Assembly: GCA_051530055.1 (NCBI GenBank)
Contig: CM121342.1
Location: forward strand, 6,075,489 to 6,139,488
Direction: 5' to 3'
DNA from: Neoechinorhynchus agilis
Taxonomy: Eukaryota > Animalia > Acanthocephala
DNA: 64,000 nucleotides
The first letter of the stretch is position 1; each line of letters opens with the position of its first letter. Shown here in pieces: positions 50,085 through 60,899 of the stretch. The notes under the pieces were generated by a model, which saw nothing but the letters and a program-made list of their open reading frames with translations, did no database searches and was not told the origin of the DNA. The translations under genes were made by a program, and so were the position numbers.

Positions 50085-53000
50085 TTAATCTGATTTGTGT
50101 CCGGCACTCCTCTTTTTGCCAATTTTTTCGTCTTGTAAAAACGCATTATTGAGATCAATCTTATCGCTATAATTCGACGTATCTACAAGGCTTTGGGAGG
50201 CGTGCAACTCGCTTGTTCCAGGAGATTTGAAATCCGCTGGAACCGATAAGTTTCTGGGCGTCGATATAACGAACGTTTCGTTCAATTTCTGTTTTTCATA
50301 AACAAGCCTTCTTACGGTCTTTAACATATGAACTAAAATATCTTCTCTTGATTGAGAAACAGAAGGAACTTGTTCACTAACTAAGCCACCTTCTGATTCA
50401 TCGTAGTCATCATTTGTTCCAAGTGCAAATTCCAAAACCTTTAGAAGGATTTCAGGCTTTGTTTCCGTGAGTATAAATAATTCATTCATCAATTGGCTCA
50501 TCATTACACGAGTTTTGCGTTCAAGCTCTTCACGCCTCACCCTCTGCCGATCGTTCTGCTTCCTCAACTTAATCAATTCTTCGTCAATCTTCTTAGTTTC
50601 ATCAGTGAGTTTACGTTCACTGAGGCAATCTTCGACGTTTTGGGAGAAGACATGCTTAAACACGATTCGGGCTTCTTGAAGACAACGAATCTCGCATAAA
50701 TAGTGATGTATTCGTTCGTCCGTATCACCGGCATTATCGATGAATTCTTGAAGACTATCGATCTGATCCGAACATCCTTCAAGTCTGTCTAAAATAATCC
50801 GTGAATGTCCACGTGGACATAACTCATCGACACTTAATAATTGATCATTCAATGCTTGTCGTTCATCCCATAAGTCCTCTAGTCTTTTATTCGCTCGAGC
50901 GACTTCTATCAAATGTGCTATTTCATCGTCGATCCATTTACGCAATCCTTGACCGGTTTTAGAGTTCTCCGCTCGTTTCAGTTCATCCAAGTGCTCTTCT
51001 TCACTTTGACGTCTCTGATCCATTATTGAACGTAGTCTCATAAAAGTAGAAAAAATCTCAGTTTGCTTTCGACCGATCAAATTGTCCTTTCTTGTCTGTT
51101 CCATTTTAAGAATATTTAATTTTGACTCGTTTCGAACCGCCATCGTCCGTAGCTTCCCTTGTTTTCGTACATTTTCCACTTGCATTGATCGAATCCTTCG
51201 AGCGCAGTTTCTAAGATCATTCACTAATAAAACTCGTTCTGCTTTTAAATCCTGAATTTCCGATTTCAAATTGGCTACTAATTCCTGTGCCTCTTCATTT
51301 TGTGCAATCTTCGCTTCAAGGTCTTTAAGTTGCAATTTATAAGATTTGATTTCTTCTTCTAATTTCTCCTTTTCAACATTCAACATTTTATCAGCTCTTT
51401 TATCCAATCGTTTTACTTCGAGGTCACGGATGTGATTATCCAGCATTTTACGGGTTGCATCATAAGCTGTTCTAGCAGCTAATAGATTTTTATTTTCGTT
51501 TAAGAAATCTTCTAACAGCATTTCTCTTCGTTGAACCATATCATTTAAACATAGAATTTTACGTGAAGTAGCTTGAGTGAATTGATCATTAGAAAATTGC
51601 ATTTCTGAAGGTACACCTTCTTCACCGATTTCCTCATCGTCCGCAACACAATCAACGAGCTGTTGAACACATCGAGCAACACTAAAATCCAGGGAGTTTT
51701 CAAACTTATCCACTTCTTCATCTTCAAAATCACTGGTATATACGTTGTCCGAATCATCATCACCCGGCTCACTGATAACTTCATCTTCGCCACTCTTCAA
51801 ATCCCCGATCAATGTAGTCGTTGAACCTTTACTTTCATCGCTCATACAAGACCGTAAAATAGACCAATCATCATCGCTGGTTTCATTTAAAACGTTATCG
51901 TTGATAACTCTCGTTATGACATCGTCAAAATAATTGCAGATCAAATCGTATCTGTAAGGATCTGTGTTTTCCAAATCAATCCGGATGAGTAAATCTCGAA
52001 TTTCCGCGAAAAGACTTTTAATGTCGTTCGCACTGGCATACACTTTTTTGTCGCGTTCTATTGAATCTAAATCACATTCGCGTTCTATGCTGCTTAGATG
52101 ATGATGATGATGGAGAAGAAGAGGACAACTATTTGATTCTGTTCCACGCATCTCAACAGTCGTCAACTTCCTCGTCAACTCATCGATCTCCGCTCTTAAT
52201 TCAGCTACACGACCCGCTCCACATTCGTGATTTGAAATCGGTTTGTTCTTGATGTTCCGTGCACGGTTGGCGTATTTGAGCGTATTCAAAGTTTCTTCAC
52301 AACTGTCCGAAGCTGGACTCACGCAGGCTATCATCAACGTTAAACTGTTCCCACCAAGAGAATCCTGAAGTAAACGAGTCAACTTACTATCTCGATACGT
52401 ACGTACAATGCACTCTACAGACTTTACAAACAAATTTAAACTTTTTTTATTCTCCCCCCCCCACTCAATTCAACTAATTTTGGTGAAAATAATTGATTAT
52501 TTTCAACAAACTTATAAACTTTGACTAACCCAAAGGACTTTTTCTGTCGATTTGAAAATTGAACCTTTTGTGGTTGTCGATATGTGGCGCGAAGAAATTG
52601 AAATCGTTTTGGGTTTTAACTGCCAATTGTTTTTTCCTTTATTTCGTGCAAATTAAAGCGAAAATTCCTATTTTTTCAAATGTCTAAAAAAATTTCGAAC
52701 TTTTGTGCCACCAACAAGGTGAAGAGATACAGGCCTTTGGCATCCGAAAACAATCGGCAGTTTAAAATCATTTAAATTTCTTCACGCCACATATCGACAA
52801 CCACAAAATAAATGTAGAAACGGCTAACAAGACTTGAAGTTAGAATATTTATATATATTTCTTTGGCCTTAAATCTGACACCTAAGCTCATGATAATCGA
52901 AGGGCGCAGAAGATACGGAAATTTTAGAAGCTTTAAATAAACTAAAAATAACTTGAATTGTAAGTTCATTCAATTAAACTATTTGTAGACTTTAAGATTT

Positions 53001-54682
53001 GGTCCAAGTAAAATTTCTTTGGCCTTAATTCTGACACCTAAGCTCATGATAATCGAAGGGCGCAGAAGATACGGAAATTTTAGAAGCTTTAAATAAACTA
53101 AAAATAACTTGAATTGTAAGTTCATTCAATTAAACTATTTGTAGACTTTAAGATTTGGTCCAAGTAAAATTTCTTTGGCCTTAATTCTTTGTCAATATTC
53201 ACAAGAGTGAAAGATCACTAAATTTGCAAGATTCATCAACATTAGATAACACCATTGAAATCAGCGCATTTGATATGCTCAAAATGTTTTTTCATTTCGT
53301 TACAACTATCGAGCACCACAAATTTAATTCAGGTGTCTTTTATGAACTTCAATCCTGAAATTAAGGGTCAAAATTTAACAAGCAACATTAAACCGTTATC
53401 GCAGGTGAATTCGGCGTCAAAAGTAGATTTAGAAAATTTAATTTGATCTTAGGAGCAATCAAAGAAAGGCGTCCTCGGTGCCGGGATGTTCTGCGTCCGG
53501 GGCAATGGCCACCGTAGTCTTTTCTCAGAGGATAAACAGGAATGGAACACCGGCAGTATTATGGGTAAGACCTCGACCGGCGTCGAGTTGAAAGACTATT
53601 TATTTTGTCTCTCGGCTAAAACTGAGACATTTTGTGGACTAATTTTGAGTAAACTTTAAGCCCCCAGGTGCATTGGACATTCAGGACGGAATATGTCGAT
53701 GGCATGTATCTTCATTTCCTAATAAACTGATTACATTCCCTAAAGCCAATAAACCCATATTGATTTTGATTCCTTCCTTAAACCTATTTCCTTCAGTTTG
53801 TGTTCGGGAGCATCGTTCACTTCCCGCTAAATCCACAATTTGCAGTTTACACGCAACCGAGTCCACCGTAGAAGAAGATTGAGGAGAACAAGATTCGTCA
53901 AAACGCAGCCGTTTCGGCTCTAAGGTACTCTGTAGAGTGCTCACTTCACTAGAAGTTGTCCATCGTCTCATTGAAAGTGTATAGATCGCATGAGATCGAC
54001 TGCTTTCGACGTTCATCATAGTTTCTCCCACAGTTCGATTCCCGGCTGCTTTTGCGAACAACTTTACACAATCATTAACACTGACGACCGAGTGTTCACT
54101 TAGTCCGCTCACTCGAATCTTTCCTAGTTCTTCACGAATTGTAAGTGCATCGGTGTAAGAAGTGTCGTTAGATAGAAGATCTCGGAGTTTCTCCTGATAA
54201 ATCTCCAGCGCGGACACTTTGAATTTATATTCAGCGAAACTCTTTTCATCGTGTGCTTGATTGAATATTTTGTCCAAGGTTCGAAGTACCACGCCGTCCG
54301 GCATCGCATTCTCTCCAATATTAGTCAGACCCAAAGTATAGGTTTTTCCGCTTCCAGTTTGACCGTAAGCAAATATTGTAACATTGCAACCTTTAAAGAA
54401 GCCATCTATAAGATCAGTGACACAGCCGTTGAACACTTGTTCATGGACCGATTGCATATTGAACACGTGATCGAAAGTGAAGAAATGACGTCCGAGTTGG
54501 ACTTGGCAATTGTTTGTCGTCTCATCAAGCATCACCTTTGAACCAGTGTTCAATTCACGAGCGATCAATGGTCTTATCCGGAGTGCAACTTGGACGGGAA
54601 TCACTGAGCTGTCGTCGGTGATCGCTTGAGTTGCCGATCGCTTATTATATGTCACACTGGGATCCACCGTTGATTCAGACAT
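50085..54682 (-). CDS. KIF4: Kinesin-4 (KIF4-like chromokinesin), 2 exons, ~1102 aa
   Basis: Motor motifs [46 protein letters not shown]; KIF4-like stalk [21 protein letters not shown]. Exons 54682-53688 and 52398-50085 (sum 3309 nt) join only through a GT...AC intron. Confidence 0.85.
52568..53190. repeat. Repeats inside the kinesin intron: a MITE-like inverted pair (52568-52600 / 52775-52808) and a ~175-bp direct duplication (52860-53190)
   Basis: gtggttgtcgatatgtggcg pairs with cgccacatatcgacaaccac, and ctgacacctaagctcatgataatcgaagggcgcag occurs twice. Confidence 0.8.
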
Positions 54683-54789
54683 CTAAAATTTAAGATCGCT
54701 TTGTTGACACAACAACATTGGACTCTGTTTAAAAAAATACGTTAAAGAAGAGAATATTGTTGATGACAACCAATCTTGAGTGCATTACA

Positions 54790-55610
54790 AAAATCTACAA
54801 ATCCAAGCAAACGAATTTAGCTCCCGAATTTTCTTTAACAAAGGATATTTTAGTGGATTTTCTTTAGAAAGCAAAGAAAGCAAAAATCCAATGTTCGTAC
54901 TGAACCGAATTCGAGGACAGGAAATCACATTGGGATCCACGGTTGACGTCGGTCTTTAAAACAAGAAATTGGATCCGAATACTGGAATTCACATTGCGAT
55001 CTACAAATTCGAGCAAACCAAAATAGATCTCAACTTTTCTTTAACAAAGGATATTTTAGTGGTTTTTTTTAGAAAGCAAAGAATGCAATAATCCAATGTT
55101 CGTAGTGAGCCGAATTCGAGGACAGAAAATCACATTGGAATCCACGGTTGACGTCGGTCTTTAAAACAAGAAATTGGACCCGAATACTGGAATTCACATT
55201 GCGATCTACAAATTCGAGCAAACCAAAATAGATCTCAACTTTTCTTTAACAAAGGATATTTTAGTGGATTTTCTTTAGAAAGCAAAGAAAGCAAAAATCC
55301 AATGTTCGTACTGAACCGAATTCGAGGACAGGAAATCACATTTTCTTTGAATATCGATCCTTGACTCCTACGTTCGATTGGCTAAAATGGAATTTCAAAT
55401 ATTTGATTGATTTTAATGAATAACCAAGCGATATTGCAGGTAAACCAGTCTCTTCAATTGTCCAAACTACGAATGATCACCTGAACTTAAAAAAAGGCAA
55501 AATACAAATTGGTCATTTCGATTTGACGCGGAAAACGGAAGACCGCAACGCCATTTGTAGAAATAAAATATCTCAGTTTCCTATTGGTCGACGAAATTAC
55601 TTTTGTCGAG
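54790..55610. repeat. Dispersed ~800-bp element with internal ~210-bp tandem units; second copy at 61890-62570
   Basis: Near-identical blocks (ggatccgaatactggaattcacattgcgatctacaaat... and ...cctattggtcgacgaaattacttt) occur at both sites. Confidence 0.9.
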
Positions 55611-55808
55611 AGTTTAACGGTGAAAAAATCCTTTCTTCTCAAATGCATTTTTAAAACGCAAGCTTTATTCTCGAATCTTTTAAAATCTTTTTAAAGTAAC
55701 CGTGGTACGGAATGCTATTGAAAGAAAAGATTTGTGAAATTGGGAATTAAATTTTGTTGTTAAGAACTCTACTCAATATTAATCACATCTTTATATTTTA
55801 AAGGAACT

Positions 55809-56335
55809 TTACAACAATGAGCAAATGAAGCTTAGGCGAATTTTTAGGAGTCATCAAAAAGACTTACCGAAATAGATTTAGTCCATTTTTGATCATCAAT
55901 AAATCGTTATGTGGTTCGCTTACATTCACAGTATCGAAGCAAACCATCAACCCGGCAACAAATGGAGAATCACTTGACTTCTATAGAGTTATTTCAGTGG
56001 CTGTTTAAATTTAAGAGCGAGAAAAAAGTACGTTATCTTTAAAGAAATAAGTTTGGGCTACAAAAAGGTTTCCAGGCTCATATTGATTTAGCTCGACATC
56101 AATTGAAAAGTTATTATATTCGTTAAGTGGAAGTCTTGGTGCACTTTCCTCAGCAATGAGCTTGTTTTTGTCTGGATTGAAGACTGGGCGAGCCCCTGAT
56201 CGGATATTTCTGAATTCGACATTATTTCTATAAATTGCGCATTTCTTAGACTTACAGCGCGACCATTTCGATTCCTGAATGATTTAGTAACTTGATATTG
56301 ATTTTTTCGACGTTATCGGGTATTCGGAAGCTCAT
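55809..56335 (-). CDS. Hypothetical 136-aa protein absent from the ORF track, 4 exons
   Basis: Exons 56335-56256, 56227-56032, 55980-55868 and 55830-55809 with GT-AG introns of 28, 51 and 37 nt give a continuous 411-nt frame MSFRIPDNVEK...GLNLFRFICSLL. Confidence 0.55.
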
Positions 56336-56879
56336 ATTGATTTAGCTGTCCAAGTGGTCGGTTCTGGACGACAAACTTGTGATCTAGCGTTCGATTTTAG
56401 ATCCCGCAAAAACATGATGGCCGTTTTAGCTGGGTTTTTTGGCGAACATCGTAGCTTGGTTCGTTTGTTAGAGAAAAACGATAAAAAAATACGACTTAAA
56501 AAAGACCACTCCGACAAGTTTCATTAGGGAACTTTGAGGTCCGAGCGTCCATTGATCCAAACCGTTAATGTACACAAAACTGAATATTGTTTAAATTCAT
56601 TAATCGATTCATAAGAACCAATATGCCGATTAACCAGTTGATCTTCGACGATCTATCCAGAAACAAAGTTTAGAAACCACATTTTAAGTCAACAAAGCAA
56701 TGAACTCTAAGAAAATGGTATCCAAAACACTCGCCTCGTCGATGCTGATCAGTATTTTTCCATTTATTTACTATTGTTTGATCCCCGACCAGTAGCGGTT
56801 AAGTTGAGCGATTTGGATCTGTTCAATGTGAACTCACTTTCTATATTGTCCCGTCTTCGATCAAATGAATAACCCTGCC

Positions 56880-57392
56880 CATTAGTCAACCGCACCAACA
56901 TTGAATTAATAGCAGCAGCGATCGAGAACAGTTTAACAGGAAGATTGCTGGTCAATGAAATCTACGAATGGATTGACGATAATATTCCATATTTCGCACA
57001 AATAGCCGATAGAAGGCCTTGGAAAGGATCGGTCAGAAACACGCTTGCCTATTGTCGTAGATTTAAGAAAATTCAAGTTCGAGGGAGACCAAATCGTTTT
57101 GGTTGTAAAAAGAAGGAAGTAGTACAAATAATATTTTATTGAAATATTTCGACCCTCACGTGGGTCTTCTTCAGTCAATCTGAAAAGGTCAGGGTTTTTT
57201 GCGGTCGCTTTTCCACTCCCGTGGCGACCAAAAAGACGACGGCAAATTGTCGAGGAATTAAGGATTCGGCGTCTTCATCTGAATGGAAATGTTTCTCAAG
57301 TAGTTCAACCGGACAATTCAAGAATCTACGACCAGGAGGACTTAACGGTTTCCGATCAAGTGATGGCAAATGGCCACCGAGAATCAGTGTGA
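56880..57392 (+). CDS. Divergent forkhead-box transcription factor; 5' end not resolved; probable intron 57105-57174
   Basis: NIELIAAAIENSLTGRLLVNEIYEWIDDNIPYF...WKGSVRNTLAYCRRFKKI; after splicing, RSGFFAV aligns with the wing GKGS.W motif. Confidence 0.75.
57138..57179 (-). ncRNA. Minimal type I hammerhead ribozyme motif, antisense to the forkhead gene
   Basis: Minus strand: ATTGA-CTGAAGA-A-GACCC(acgtga)GGGTC-GAAA-TATT-TCAAT, with 5-bp stems I and II. Confidence 0.82.
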
Positions 57393-57959
57393 GTTTTCGA
57401 TAATCTCACAATGTAAATCTAATGGAACGGCGAATACCTAAACGATATCACCGTTCTATATAGAAAGATGTCGTTTTCCGGCTGCTTTGGAAATCACTTC
57501 CCAAATCGTCTTAGGAAAGGCGACTTCTTTTAACTTACTGATCAACATCGAGTTATCAGGAGGCATTTTCTTAAAATAAAAATAATCTTTGATGAGGCTT
57601 CGGGGCAATTTCAAATAGGTTTTTAAGAAAAGAAATTATTTTGACGTTTTTACAAAAGAGTTCTCGTTTGTTTTATTATACGTAAAGGTCTTAATCATGG
57701 ATTGAATTTTAACTTTGTTTAGAAATCAGACTATTCTATTAATACTCCTAATTCTGCGCTTTCACGATCATTTTAAGCACTTGCACATATTTGCTCATAA
57801 AGATTAATCCACAGAAAAAATCCAACCCCTTCTTTGTTCCAAAACTAAAATAGTGCTTCGGATTCCCATTTTCCCTTTCATTATAAAGTTTTTGCTCTCT
57901 CAAGGATAAAGAAATTTTTATTTGCTAGCTTTCGCCTTCTTCAGGAATCTACAAAGGCG

Positions 57960-58152
57960 CTTGGAGATGTGAAGTGTGTTAAAGTTGCGGAAAGTTCCTC
58001 CCGCCTGTTGAGCAGTTCTCGGGATTTGTTGAGCTGATTCCTACCGCTCCGGATAAAAGTAGTTCCTCAGCGATTGATAGTCTTACCAAGTCCTTTTTCG
58101 GACAAACTTTCCGCTTCTATGTCGCCATTTCAACAAACTTCACATATCCAAG
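57960..58152. mobile_element. MITE-like element with imperfect TIRs; its interior shares motifs with the 194-bp satellite
   Basis: cttggagatgtgaagtgtgtt..gcggaaagtt pairs with aactttccgc..aacaaacttcacatatccaag; the interior reads gctgattcctaccgctccggataaaag. Confidence 0.7.
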
Positions 58153-58376
58153 AACCTTTGTAGAGTCCGGATGAAGTCGGCGAAACCTCGGAAATAAGGA
58201 TTTTCCTTATCATTAAAAAAGCCCGCTAAAGTGTAGATTTAAAATAAAAACTTGATCAATTATTTCGATTGGAAAATAAAGTTGTATTTCACAAGAATAC
58301 CCACGAAACAATTTATTCAAATGCAATGCTCTAAATCTTCTGCTACACGAGATTCTGTTTTCTTTTTCTAAAATCT

Positions 58377-58847
58377 TTACTCATTAAAATGATTGTCGTC
58401 AAAATATGGACAAGGACTGTTCCGCAACACTACGATCTCCTGCGGCATTTTGTTCCTCAACAAATGATACCAATTGTTTTTTACAAATTGAACGATTTTG
58501 TAGTAAGTTCCAAAGAGCAGGTAGTAGAACGGATAGCTTAACTGATCGACAGTTAATATTACTGGTCTCTGATTCAAATCTATTGAGTAGACTGTGTGAT
58601 TTCGGCATTCTCGGGAAACTATATAGTCCACCGAAAAGCAAACTTCCTCCCATATTTGAATGCAGTGTTTAAGAAATGATCGTAAGGCATAGCCGCACAA
58701 ATCAAAATTTTTAGACTTATCGGTCACACTTTCCACCACTACCGTAAAATCCATGCAACCTTCGATAAGTTCGAATTGCGATTGTGGTACGTCCGCCTGA
58801 CCAGTTGAAATTATGAATAATACAAATATAATAAACGCATAGAACAT
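58377..58847 (-). CDS. Secreted 6-Cys protein of an unrecognised family; paralog of 32785-33264
   Basis: Signal peptide MFYAFIIFVLFIISTGQA; same Cys spacing and CFSVDYIVSRECRNHTVYSIDLNQRP motif. Confidence 0.85.
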   Translation of the reverse strand: MFYAFIIFVLFIISTGQADVPQSQFELIEGCMDFTVVVESVTDKSKNFDLCGYALRSFLKHCIQIWEEVCFSVDYIVSRECRNHTVYSIDLNQRPVILTVDQLSYPFYYLLFGTYYKIVQFVKNNWYHLLRNKMPQEIVVLRNSPCPYFDDNHFNE

Positions 58848-58949
58848 ATCGTTTTGCTTCGTTCACAGTGCGTTGAGTTAGAACGTTCAGGTAAAAAAAC
58901 GCATTTAGGACACGCTGACGGATCCCACTTTTATATACTAAAATACTTT

Positions 58950-59480
58950 TGAGAAGTGCGAAGGAGTTAATGAATTATCCTCACAAAAAGGCTCTGTTCC
59001 TGATCAAGAAATCCCTCTTTATTCCAAAATTGCTGTATAAGTCGCGTACAACACCTTTCTTAGACATAAGGATAAGCTGGCAAAATTAGACGAGAGAGTG
59101 AAAGCCTCTCTTGAGAAAATTTTGAATACTCAGCTGTTGGACGAGGCCTGGCGTCAACAGCGGTTTGGGTATTCGAAAAGCAGCCGATATTTCTCTTTCA
59201 GCCTCTTACCTAGGATCGTATGAAGCAAGTCGCAAAATAGTTCGTTCTTTTCTTGGCGAGAATTACACTTTGGAAAAAGATTTCGTGGAATCTCTTAATC
59301 TTTTGTGTGAAGATAACGGCAGCGAGCAGGTACCTGTCAATGATTGCAAACAATCAGTTTGAGACTCAGCCATGGTAGCGAGAATTCATAACTCCTTAAT
59401 TTCAGCGAACTCGATTGGGGGCAGTCTCTACAAGAGAATCGGGTAATCGGTTTTATGGATACCCTTCTCTCCTAAGAGAC
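58950..59480 (+). mobile_element. Decayed CRE-like non-LTR retrotransposon RT/thumb fragment
   Basis: KALFLIKKSLFIPKLLYKSRTTPF...LDERVKASLEKILNTQLLDEAWRQ...GIRKAADISLSASYLGS, with frameshifts. Confidence 0.75.
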
Positions 59481-59529
59481 AATAAGGTCTATTTTATTTT
59501 TGAAGTCTAACCTGCCGATAACTTTTTGG

Positions 59530-59895
59530 CCTTTTTCACGGCTGATAAGTTTTCTTGGGCACACAGCTCACCACCGATCTGGTTCAAGGAAGCGCATAAA
59601 GTCACTTAATACCGCGAACCATATGAGTTTTGCATTCATCCCTCGGGATTCTCAGATACCTCCTTCGAGAAGGCGGGCCTCATCAGTAGGTTTCGTCCTC
59701 CCTTCAACGGTATTTCGTCCCGAGCTTTAGTCCATTTGGCAACCTCAGCACACCTACGGAATGTACAAACTCTGCCAGTTTTAATTTTTTTATTCTGGGC
59801 CGGGGTATAAAGTGTGATTTTATGTGCCTCCCTGGACCAGATCGGTGGGTTGTGTGTCCAAGGAAAATTATCAGCCGTGAAAAAGGACCACACAT
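59530..59895. mobile_element. MITE-like element with ~55-bp TIRs; same family as 33313-33560
   Basis: ttttcacggctgataagttttcttgggcacacagc..ccgatctggt pairs with accagatcggtgggttgtgtgtccaaggaaaattatcagccgtgaaaa. Confidence 0.85.
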
Positions 59896-59954
59896 TGATA
59901 CAGTAACGTATGAAAATGTCGATATGTGAGGCACCGGGGAATGTGATTGGAATT

Positions 59955-60015
59955 ATTATTTACAAACAAACTGATGATGAACCCGACGAGGTTCGAAACG
60001 TCTTTCATAAATAAT
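59955..60015 (+). ncRNA. Minimal type I hammerhead ribozyme motif with a GUC site; degenerate sister copy at ~63848-63890
   Basis: attattta-caaac-AAA-CTGATGA-T-GAACC(cgacga)GGTTC-GAAA-CGTC-TTT-ca-taaataat: bulged stem I and palindromic ACGT stem III. Confidence 0.8.
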
Positions 60016-60899
60016 CATTTACCGTATAAGGTATATTTTGTTTGATGATATATAGATTAATTTATTGATTCAATTAGGCCAAGGGTAAGGATCGAAGTGT
60101 CCCTGAGACTTTGAAGTACCGATTGGGACGCCATGGTTTCGTCTGTGGGCAATTCGATTATAAAATACTGTGAATGCGTCCTAGTTTAAAAAAGTTCAAT
60201 AAAATTATGCTTGTTCGACGGATTAGGGAAGTGCTAGGATTATTTTGATTTAAGTGCAGAAATGTGGAATATGCTGCTAGTTTTATACTTTTCAAACTCA
60301 AAAACCTCCATCATTAACACGGTTTCAGTGCAAAAAAGGTTGATGTGTACGATTAGTGGTTCATCAAAAGGGAGCCACTTAGGCAAAAAAGCAGCAGTGT
60401 GAACTAAGTGAGATGGCGTTAGTGAATCCGGTACGCAATGATTTTTAACATTTCTATGCACTGCTACAATTGAATAGTCCAATAAAAAAATTGCTGGCGA
60501 CCGAAACAGTTTTTAAAAAATCCATTGTAAATTTCTATTAAAAGAAACTTGCAACTATCCGTTGGTTCAATCTTTAACTTCTTATTAGTTTCTAAGTAAC
60601 ACAATAGAAAATGAACAAAAATCGCTGTTAATTAAGAAAAATTGAGCAAGCAGACTACATGGCTAATTCCCACAAATTAATTTTTCAATTAAAAAATGAC
60701 CAAAAAAATTAAACCTGCGCCAAATCATAACATGGACCGGAATTCTGTCGTTTTTAATATATTAAAGATCACCGCTCCTTTCTACCGTTGCATTCGTGTT
60801 CCCCTTTTCGTTCTGGTTTGTTCTCTTCATGAATTGAGCGACCTGAGAGCTGATGGAAGACTTTTTACCTTCATATCGAGGACCAATAAAAGCCTCTCA

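Noticed and set aside
18796-54541. Short ORFs antisense to or overlapping EFR3, CARS1, SEM1, KIF4 and the NCS gene
   Set aside because: These are shadow frames of real genes with no independent motif.
59675-59722. GGACGAAAC-cta-CTGATGAGGCC on the minus strand as a hammerhead
   Set aside because: The core halves are in permuted order with only 3 nt between them, leaving no room for stems I and III, and the sister copy at 33430 lacks the core.
59985-60002. GGTTCGAAAC as a tRNA T-loop or B-box
   Set aside because: There is no cloverleaf or A-box, and it is explained as hammerhead stem II plus GAAA. No tRNA or rRNA genes were found in the window.
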